From NCBI GenBank assembly GCA_002469975.1, contig DKMG01000075.1, positions 1 through 45,037 on the forward strand: a DNA stretch of 45,037 bases, written 5' to 3'. A program made the translations under genes and the position numbers. This DNA comes from Proteobacteria bacterium UBA7420. Its GTDB lineage: Bacteria > Pseudomonadota > Gammaproteobacteria > Magnimaribacterales > D2472. The notes beneath the pieces were generated by a model that did no database searches, was not told where the DNA came from, and was given only the letters and a program-made list of their open reading frames with translations. Shown piece after piece: positions 38,357 through 45,037 of this stretch. Numbering within the stretch: the stretch's first letter is position 1; every line of letters begins with the position of its first letter.

Positions 38357-39352
38357 ATGAAAAAAATATTATTTACCCTTGGATTATTTAGTTTATTACC
38401 AATGCTATCAGCTACTGGATCCTCGCTTGAAATTACCACTATCGAGATTCAAGACTCTTACCAATCTTCGCAAAGATTCCCGGGCAAGATCCTCCCCTTA
38501 AATTATTCCAAACTATCTTTTGAAATTCCTGGAAAAATATCACAGGTCACAGTTGATATTGGCGATGCTGTTGAAGCTGATCAAATCTTAGCCTTTTTAG
38601 ATCCTGCCGAAATGCAAGCTAATTTAAATCAAGCTTTAGCTAGATATGATTTAGCCTCACAAGCCTTGGCTAGATTTCAGGACTTAAAAAATAAAGGTTT
38701 TATTTCTAATCAAGAGTTAGATAAAGCCAACTCAGAATATTTAGTGGCTAAGGCGCAAGCGGATCTGTACATGGTTAAATTAGAGCAAACTAAGATACGC
38801 GCTCCTTTCTCAGGGTTCATTCAAAATAGATTTCTAGATTCAGGCACAGTAGTTAGCCCTGGTATTCCAATTATAGAAATTATTGACTCTACAAGTGTTG
38901 AGGCGCATGTGTCTATTCCTGGTAGTATTATTGAGAGCCTTGAGATTGGTAGCCAATATAATTTTTCTATCAATGAGAAGATATATCCCGCCACCTTGAA
39001 GCGTTTTTCTCAGATGACCAGCCAAGGCTCCAATAATAGACTGTGCATCTTTGAGTTTGAAACATTTATCAATCCTGGCTCTGTTTCTTATTTGGAGCTG
39101 CAGCAGACCACCAGGAAGGAAGGTGCTTGGGTTCCATTAAAATCTTTATCACAAGGCACACAAGGTCTCTGGAATTTATTCACCGTGACCAAAAACACCA
39201 ATGATCAATATGTGGTTGCCAAGCAAATTGTTGAAATGATTCACATAGAAAGAAATGCTGCCTATGTTAATGGCACCATTTCTAACGGCGATATGGTAGC
39301 TACAGGCGGTGCTGCTAAAGTTATTGATAGTGAAATTCTAAGAGCTCAATAA
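38357..39352 (+). CDS. RND efflux periplasmic adaptor (membrane fusion protein, HlyD family)
   Basis: Signal peptide MKKILFTLGLFSLLPMLSA. Lipoyl-like hairpin and coiled-coil pattern (ANLNQALARYDLA...AKAQADL, IRAPFSGF). Directly upstream of the RND gene. Confidence 0.85.
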   Translation: MKKILFTLGLFSLLPMLSATGSSLEITTIEIQDSYQSSQRFPGKILPLNYSKLSFEIPGKISQVTVDIGDAVEADQILAFLDPAEMQANLNQALARYDLASQALARFQDLKNKGFISNQELDKANSEYLVAKAQADLYMVKLEQTKIRAPFSGFIQNRFLDSGTVVSPGIPIIEIIDSTSVEAHVSIPGSIIESLEIGSQYNFSINEKIYPATLKRFSQMTSQGSNNRLCIFEFETFINPGSVSYLELQQTTRKEGAWVPLKSLSQGTQGLWNLFTVTKNTNDQYVVAKQIVEMIHIERNAAYVNGTISNGDMVATGGAAKVIDSEILRAQ

Positions 39353-39356
39353 GCAC

Positions 39357-42300
39357 ATGTTTTTCTTAAGAGTGCTTTTTGATAGGCCAAGAATATTCGC
39401 TCTATTGTTGGCATTTATTTTTTTATCTGGAATTTTCTCCTTAAATACTGTTTCTAGGCAAGAGAATCCTGAGCTTGCCGAGAGGTGGGCGAGTATCCAA
39501 ACCGTATATCCAGGAGCTTCTCCTACCAGAATAGAGACGCAAGTTTTAGAGCCCTTAGAAGCAAAGTTAAGAGAGGTTTATGAATTAGATGAAATCAGAT
39601 CTTTTTCTCAGCAGGGTTTTGCTACTACTGTTATGGCAATTAAAGATGAAGTTGCAGCAGGCCCACTCATTGAGCAGGTTTGGTCCCAAGTTCAGGATAA
39701 ATTAGACCAATCAAGCTTTCTTCTGCCGCCAGGAATTGAGCCTCAGCTTCAAAGAAGTAGCGGCCCTCCAACGACCTTGCTCTATGCTTTAACCTGGAAT
39801 GGAAGGGGGGATGTGCCACTCATCTTGCTATCCAGAGTGGCTGAAGATTTGCGTCAGTCCCTTGCATTCATGGGAGGCTCAGATAGAAGTTTTATTTTTG
39901 GTGGCGCTGATGAGGAGGTGCTGGTAGAGATTGATAATTCCAAGCTTTCAGCCCTAGGGCTGGGTTTTCAGGAAATTGCACAAATACTATCATCCTTGGA
40001 TTCTAAGAAGCCTATTGGGCAGATTTCTCAGGGCGGACAAGAGATTCTAGTTAAGTCCAAAGAAAATCTTACAAGTTTAGATCAAGTATCTAGCCTGCCC
40101 ATCAAAGTCATTAACGAGTTTGAGATTATTCGTTTGGGAGATATCGCCACGATTTCAAAAAATTCACGCAATCCCCCGGAAGAGCTCACCTTATATCAAG
40201 GCAAGCCAGCAGTCTTGGTTGAAATTAGAGGCGCTTTTAATCAAAGAGTAGATTCATACGTTAACAGTATTTCTAATGTGGTTGAGAGCTTTAAATCTGA
40301 ATTGCCGCCAGAAATCACCATTGATACAGTCTACGACGAATCCTACTATTTCAAAGAAAAATTCAATAACTTATATTCAAGCATCATCTTTGCAACCCTC
40401 ATTGTCATTGCAATCAGCTATTTTTTACTTGGCTTTAAGTCCGCCTTGATTGTTGGCTCGGTAATACCTTTAACAATTTTTTTAGTTTTGCTTGGGTGCA
40501 AATTGCTAGATCTACCGCTGCATCAAACCTCCATGACTGGAATTATTATTGCCTTAGGGTTATTGATCGATAATGCAATTATTGTTGTTGAAGATTATAA
40601 ATATAGGCGACGCTTGGGGCATGATTTACAAGAGGCTGCTTTTGAGAGTGTTCATCATCTATGGGTACCATTGGCAGCTGCAACGGCAACCACTGCTCTA
40701 GCATTTTTCCCTATTGCTAGCGGCGCCGGCCCTAGTGCTGAGTTTGTTGGTGGAATGGCTAAGACTGTTATTTTATCGATCACATCATCACTTTTTCTTG
40801 CTGTATTTGTTGTTCCCATTCTTCTTACTTACATGGAGAAAATTAAATTTTTTGATCAGGAGCGATATTCTGGAACTGGGTATTCCAATGCAAAGCTCTT
40901 GCAGAGATACAAGGATCTATTAACTTGGTCTTATGCCGTTCCAAGACGAGCCATCATGATCTCTCTGGCTCTGCCATTATTGGGATTTCTTATGTTCCCC
41001 TTTTTAAAAGCTGATTTTTTTCCTGAGCTTGATAGAAACATGTTCAAGGTATTCATTGAGCTTCCACAAAATTCCAATGTCAGAACCACTGAAAAAAGAG
41101 TTAAAGAAGTCAGGAAGTCCATTGCTCAAAGTGAAATAGCTGGGGACGATTTCTGGTTTATTGGAAGAAAACTGCCTAGGATTTTGTACAATGTGATAGG
41201 CGGTGATTCTGGCCTAGGAAGTAATAATATAGCTCAAGGTGTTTATTTTGCCCCATCCTACAAAGAGATGAAGGCCTCATTGCCAGGTCTTGCAAGACGA
41301 CTCAATCAAGAGAATCCAGATTTAAAAATTATTATAGATAAGTTTTCCTCTGGACCACCGGTAGATGCTGCAGTTGAATTTAGTATCGATGGGCCTGATA
41401 TCGCTATTCTTAAAATTCTTGGAAAAAAACTAGAATTAATCTTTAGAGAGTCGCCAGATGTATATTTAACTGATAGCGGGCTGTCCTCAAACTCAAAGAA
41501 TCTTGTGTTTAACTTTGATGAATCCGCCCTCATGCTGAACTCTGTCCCAGGTGAGTATTTCACTAATGAGCTTGCGATCGCTAGTCAGGGCTTTGAAGTA
41601 GGAACAATGCTAGATGGAAATAAAGAGCTACCAATAAAGATTAGAGGGATGTCAGATGATTTTATGGAATCTATTCAGTTTCTTTCAAGGCCCTCAGAGG
41701 ATGGCTTTGATTACTCTTCGAGTTATGGAGAGTTTGAGGTTACGAATCAATCTAATTTGATAGCAAGAGATGCTGGCAAGAGAGAAAATAGTGTATCGGC
41801 TTGGATTTGGCCTGGGCTCCTGCCATCAGATACAGAGAAATTTATTGCAGCAAAAATTGAAAAATTTAAAGCCGAGTTACCACCTGGCTATATTCTGGAG
41901 GCTGGGGGTGAGGCTGATGCAAGAGGTCAGTCACAAGCAAATATTTTCTCATCAGCCATTCTATTTTTTGTGCTTATTGTTATTGCATTAGTTGCAGCGC
42001 TGAATTCATTTAGGCAGGCAGGGTTAATTTTAAGCGTTGGAATATGGTGTACCGGCCTAGCATTTATGGGTTTGACCCTCGGGCAAGCAAATTTTGGTTT
42101 TATTGGGTTGGTGGGTGCTATTGGCTTAACCGGACTATCAATCAATGATTCGATTGTTGTTCTATCTCATATTAAAGAATCCAATGCGAATTCTCCAATC
42201 ACAAAAGAGACTCTCGTGGATGTTGTGATGCGCTCCACCCGTCATGTCATTACCACTTCTGCAACTACGATTGGAGGTTTCTTGCCTCTGCTTTTAACTA

Positions 42301-42410
42301 GTGTATTTTTTCAACCTTTGGCTTGGGCAATGGCGGGTGGAATTATTGGCTCAGCTATCATTGCACTATTTTATATCCCTGCCTGTTATGCTATTTCCAA
42401 AAAATTATAA
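39357..42410 (+). CDS. RND family efflux transporter permease (AcrB/AcrD/AcrF superfamily)
   Basis: 1017 aa with 12-TM topology and two large periplasmic loops. Conserved TM4 block GLLIDNAIIVVE and the duplicated LSINDSIVVL. Confidence 0.9.
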   Translation: MFFLRVLFDRPRIFALLLAFIFLSGIFSLNTVSRQENPELAERWASIQTVYPGASPTRIETQVLEPLEAKLREVYELDEIRSFSQQGFATTVMAIKDEVAAGPLIEQVWSQVQDKLDQSSFLLPPGIEPQLQRSSGPPTTLLYALTWNGRGDVPLILLSRVAEDLRQSLAFMGGSDRSFIFGGADEEVLVEIDNSKLSALGLGFQEIAQILSSLDSKKPIGQISQGGQEILVKSKENLTSLDQVSSLPIKVINEFEIIRLGDIATISKNSRNPPEELTLYQGKPAVLVEIRGAFNQRVDSYVNSISNVVESFKSELPPEITIDTVYDESYYFKEKFNNLYSSIIFATLIVIAISYFLLGFKSALIVGSVIPLTIFLVLLGCKLLDLPLHQTSMTGIIIALGLLIDNAIIVVEDYKYRRRLGHDLQEAAFESVHHLWVPLAAATATTALAFFPIASGAGPSAEFVGGMAKTVILSITSSLFLAVFVVPILLTYMEKIKFFDQERYSGTGYSNAKLLQRYKDLLTWSYAVPRRAIMISLALPLLGFLMFPFLKADFFPELDRNMFKVFIELPQNSNVRTTEKRVKEVRKSIAQSEIAGDDFWFIGRKLPRILYNVIGGDSGLGSNNIAQGVYFAPSYKEMKASLPGLARRLNQENPDLKIIIDKFSSGPPVDAAVEFSIDGPDIAILKILGKKLELIFRESPDVYLTDSGLSSNSKNLVFNFDESALMLNSVPGEYFTNELAIASQGFEVGTMLDGNKELPIKIRGMSDDFMESIQFLSRPSEDGFDYSSSYGEFEVTNQSNLIARDAGKRENSVSAWIWPGLLPSDTEKFIAAKIEKFKAELPPGYILEAGGEADARGQSQANIFSSAILFFVLIVIALVAALNSFRQAGLILSVGIWCTGLAFMGLTLGQANFGFIGLVGAIGLTGLSINDSIVVLSHIKESNANSPITKETLVDVVMRSTRHVITTSATTIGGFLPLLLTSVFFQPLAWAMAGGIIGSAIIALFYIPACYAISKKL

Positions 42411-42437
42411 TACTTAGTTCTTAGAAGGGGGAAGCGA

Positions 42438-42707
42438 ATGAAATTATTTATGGTTCATGTTGGTTTTTATGATGCGGAAGTGGGAGAGGGAATATATGAA
42501 TCTCATATGAATTTTTTTATTGCTGCCAGCAATGCCAAATCTGCAAAGAAAAAAACTTTTAACTTAGAGCAATTTAAGAATAAAAAAATGCACATAGATG
42601 GAATTAAAGAGATTTCTGATGTGGAAGGCTATAAAGTGATTTTAGAAAAAAGCTCTCATAAAAATCAATCCAAGGTATATTCTTATAATGAATCCAAAAA
42701 ATTATAG
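42438..42707 (+). CDS. Small cytoplasmic protein, DUF1543-like
   Basis: MKLFMVHVGFY...ESHMNFFIAAS...MHIDGIKEISDVEGYKVIL fits my recollection of the DUF1543 pattern. Strong SD GAAGGGGGAAG lies 27 nt after the RND stop. Confidence 0.5.
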   Translation: MKLFMVHVGFYDAEVGEGIYESHMNFFIAASNAKSAKKKTFNLEQFKNKKMHIDGIKEISDVEGYKVILEKSSHKNQSKVYSYNESKKL

Positions 42708-42736
42708 TGATTTGATGGTTAGACTTTAGGGAAAGC

Positions 42737-43258
42737 ATGAGAAGAATAATTACAGGGCATGATAAATCTGGCAAATCAATTATCACCATTGATGGTCCGC
42801 CAGCCCGTTCAATTGGTGAAGATGTAGGCGGCTTGTTTGAGATTTGGAATACCGATGGTAAAGCAATAGATACAACAGATGAGGTTGATAGAGCAGATTC
42901 CGAAATACTTTTATCACCTCCTGCTAGCGGCACTAAATTTAGATATTTTCAAATCAACCCAACTCCAGAGGGAGTTCCCTTAGAAGTTCTTCAGACAGCT
43001 GCAGCCGAAGCCTTTGCAAGTGTAGGAGCAGCTCATTACAGGGTTGATACCTCCAAGCATCCCGCAATGCATAAGACCAACACAATTGATTACATTATTC
43101 TCCTCAAAGGAAACATCACACTTTTGCTAGATGAAGATGAGGTCAGGCTTAAGCCTCATGATGTAGTTGTTCAAAGGGGAACAAATCATGCTTGGGTCAA
43201 CAATGGCGCAGAGCCTGCTTTGTTAATTGCAGTCTTAATTGATAGTGAATTAAAATAG
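42737..43258 (+). CDS. Cupin domain protein
   Basis: C-terminal beta-barrel block TIDYIILLKGNITLLLDEDEVRLKPHDVVVQRGTNHAWVNNG. 173 aa. Confidence 0.7.
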   Translation: MRRIITGHDKSGKSIITIDGPPARSIGEDVGGLFEIWNTDGKAIDTTDEVDRADSEILLSPPASGTKFRYFQINPTPEGVPLEVLQTAAAEAFASVGAAHYRVDTSKHPAMHKTNTIDYIILLKGNITLLLDEDEVRLKPHDVVVQRGTNHAWVNNGAEPALLIAVLIDSELK

Positions 43259-43381
43259 TTTTTTTGATAGCACTTCCTGATATTTTAGGCCTGTATATCT
43301 TGGCATCAGTCATAAAGAAAGAGCTCAAGAGCTATCAAGCAAGATTGAGCAATGGCTTGATTGTAAACCCAAGGCAGCACA

Positions 43382-44608
43382 ATGATTAATGGTCACTGCG
43401 ATACTCGTTTCCTAGAGCTTAAAGAAATCTTTACCCAAGCTATTGAGAGTAAGCATGAGGTTGGTGCTGCTCTTGCCATTGAGCACAAGGGTGAGTTGGT
43501 TGTAAATTTATGGGGCGGTCACAAGGATGCTGCTAGAGCATCTGCCTGGGAAGAGGATACTCTTGTTAATGTCTGGTCTGTCACTAAGGGTGTTACAGCA
43601 ACCTGTATTGCTAAATTAATCAATGACGGTCTACTGGACCCTGGTGAGAAAGTTTCTAAATATTGGCCAGAATATGGTTGTAATGGAAAGGAGCACACAA
43701 AAGTGAGCGATATTTTGTCTCATCGAGCTGGCATGTTTGGATTTCAGGGTGGTCTACCACAAGGCTCGTGGCAGGATTGGAAAAAGTTTGTTCATCTGCT
43801 CGAGCTTCAAGCCCCCATCAGAGAGCCTGGATCTTCTCAGGGCTATCATGCATTAACATTTGGCTGGTTAGCAGGAGAATTAGTTAGGAGAGCAGATGGT
43901 CGAACAGTGGGTAGGTATTTTAAAGAGGAGATAGCCACACCATTGGATATTGATTTTCATATTGGGCTTGAAGAACCTGATTTTGCAAGATGCGCAGATA
44001 TGCTGATGCCAGCAATGGACCTTGATACTATCAAAAAACTGCCTGGAAATGCTGTACGATATTTACCAGATTTCTTGCTACCCAGAAAATTAAAAAATTT
44101 TAAATCTGCTATTACTGGAGCTGATTTTCTTACAGCCTTTCAAGGCAGGCCAGGGGATGGAGTGAATTACCCCAATACCTCTGACTGGAGAAAGGCTGAG
44201 GTGCCTTCTGCAAATGGCCATGGATCAGCCAAAGCCTTAGCAAAACTATACGGTATTTTAAGCAATGGATGTGTCAGAGATGGGGTCTCAATCATGCGCC
44301 CAGAGACACTTGAGGGCTCAATTACTCCTTATTCATCAGGCCCTGACACTGTCTTGTTTGGCTCAGATATTCAATTTGGCTTGGGCTTTGAATTAGCTAA
44401 TGGCATGACCTCACTTTCTTCTTTGTCCCCAACATTTATCAATAGAATGTTTGGTCATGCTGGGATTGGTGGGGCTGTAGCTTTCGGCGATCCAGACTTA
44501 GGCGCCGGCTATGCATTCACATGCAATAAGCAACACGAAACTAAAAATCTTTATAAGACCAACAATCAACTAGTTGATAAGTTGTATTCTATTTTATGTT
44601 CCGGCTAA
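43382..44608 (+). CDS. Serine hydrolase of the class C beta-lactamase / family VIII esterase type
   Basis: Nucleophile motif SVTKG (SxxK), downstream YHALTFGWL Tyr block, and HAGIGG near the C-terminus. 408 aa with no signal peptide. Confidence 0.8.
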   Translation: MINGHCDTRFLELKEIFTQAIESKHEVGAALAIEHKGELVVNLWGGHKDAARASAWEEDTLVNVWSVTKGVTATCIAKLINDGLLDPGEKVSKYWPEYGCNGKEHTKVSDILSHRAGMFGFQGGLPQGSWQDWKKFVHLLELQAPIREPGSSQGYHALTFGWLAGELVRRADGRTVGRYFKEEIATPLDIDFHIGLEEPDFARCADMLMPAMDLDTIKKLPGNAVRYLPDFLLPRKLKNFKSAITGADFLTAFQGRPGDGVNYPNTSDWRKAEVPSANGHGSAKALAKLYGILSNGCVRDGVSIMRPETLEGSITPYSSGPDTVLFGSDIQFGLGFELANGMTSLSSLSPTFINRMFGHAGIGGAVAFGDPDLGAGYAFTCNKQHETKNLYKTNNQLVDKLYSILCSG

Positions 44609-45037
44609 GTGCTGGGAGAGGGTGCGTTTCTAGAAAAGAAATTTGTATTCTTTGCTGGCTCTTCCTCTTGCAATAAACCCTTGTTTATTTCAATTACAGC
44701 ATTTACATCATTCATGAGATCAAAATATCCAAGCTCTTTATAACACTCACTAACTATTTTTAGAGCGCGCATTGTTTGAGAGGTATTAGGGATATTTTCA
44801 ATGACGTATTTCGCTCTTCGCAGAGCAGCAACATATGCCTTTCTTTTCATGTAGTAATCTGCAGCAACAAGCTCACTTTTTGCAATCAGACTCCTAAGAT
44901 AAATTAGTCTCTGTGATGCATAAGGTGCATATTGACTTTGAGGAAAGCGAGTTAAAAACTCTGAGAGCTCGCTAAATGCTTGTTTGGCTCCTGAGCTGTC
45001 CCTGTTAGAAAGGTCAGATTTGAAGACTCTTGCAAAC
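44605..45037 (-). CDS. bamD: Outer membrane protein assembly factor BamD (YfiO), 3' part; 5' end lies beyond the window
   Basis: The frame stays open to the window edge. It reads ...AKQAFSELSEFLTRFPQSQYAPYASQRLIYLRSLIAKSELVAADYYMKRKAYVAALRRAKYVIENIP...ALKIVSECYKELG, the typical BamD TPR pattern. Confidence 0.8.
   Translation of the reverse strand, partial: FARVFKSDLSNRDSSGAKQAFSELSEFLTRFPQSQYAPYASQRLIYLRSLIAKSELVAADYYMKRKAYVAALRRAKYVIENIPNTSQTMRALKIVSECYKELGYFDLMNDVNAVIEINKGLLQEEEPAKNTNFFSRNAPSPST

Noticed and set aside
43264-43389. A small ORF in the cupin/serine-hydrolase spacer (LIALPDILGLYILASVIKKELKSYQARLSNGLIVNPRQHND) with a hydrophobic N-terminus, overlapping the hydrolase ATG.
   Set aside because: There is no ATG, only TTG candidates at 43264 and 43300, and no Shine-Dalgarno sequence. 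It is too short to evaluate without conservation or ribosome-profiling data.
1-45037. A search for CRISPR arrays, tRNA/rRNA genes, IS elements, integrases, prophage genes, toxin-antitoxin pairs or known defence-system genes.
   Set aside because: None were seen. All ORFs of 60 codons or more are accounted for by the genes listed or by shadow ORFs. Intergenic spacers are at most 182 nt, and I noticed no repeat arrays or cloverleaf-like sequence by eye.

Overview
This 45 kb window is a low-GC, very gene-dense gammaproteobacterial chromosome segment. It carries classic gamma synteny blocks: tolC/parE/parC, rsfS-rlmH-mrdA-rodA-mltB-dacA, leuS-lptE-holA, dsbD-aroQ-accB-accC, trxA-rho and hemC-hemD. 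I support 44 protein-coding genes, the last truncated by the window edge. Almost all are core housekeeping functions: topoisomerase IV, the cell-wall elongasome, acetyl-CoA carboxylase, LeuRS, heme and branched-chain amino acid biosynthesis, and Rho. I saw no rRNA, tRNA, CRISPR array, transposase, integrase or phage genes, and no recognisable defence or toxin-antitoxin genes. The only accessory-looking stretch is about 36.8-44.6 kb: flavin reductase + DUF4399, TetR + MFP + RND efflux pump, DUF1543, cupin and a class-C-like serine hydrolase. I do not see an unmistakable novel multi-gene system. The best candidates are: (1) an unassignable 374-aa ORF wedged, with translational coupling, into the otherwise invariant leuS-lptE-holA operon; (2) a stand-alone, apparently intact DsbD alpha domain that has lost its membrane and thioredoxin domains at the conserved dsbD-aroQ-accBC locus; (3) uncharacterised genes riding behind the TetR-controlled RND pump, which has a tandem 25-bp operator; (4) an HSL-type esterase coupled to an orphan double ABC ATPase; (5) an architectural oddity in which every convergent gene pair overlaps or abuts and one divergent pair has start codons 6 nt apart, leaving no room for canonical terminators or promoters. 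All family assignments come from motif recognition by eye and recalled reference sequences, not from database searches.
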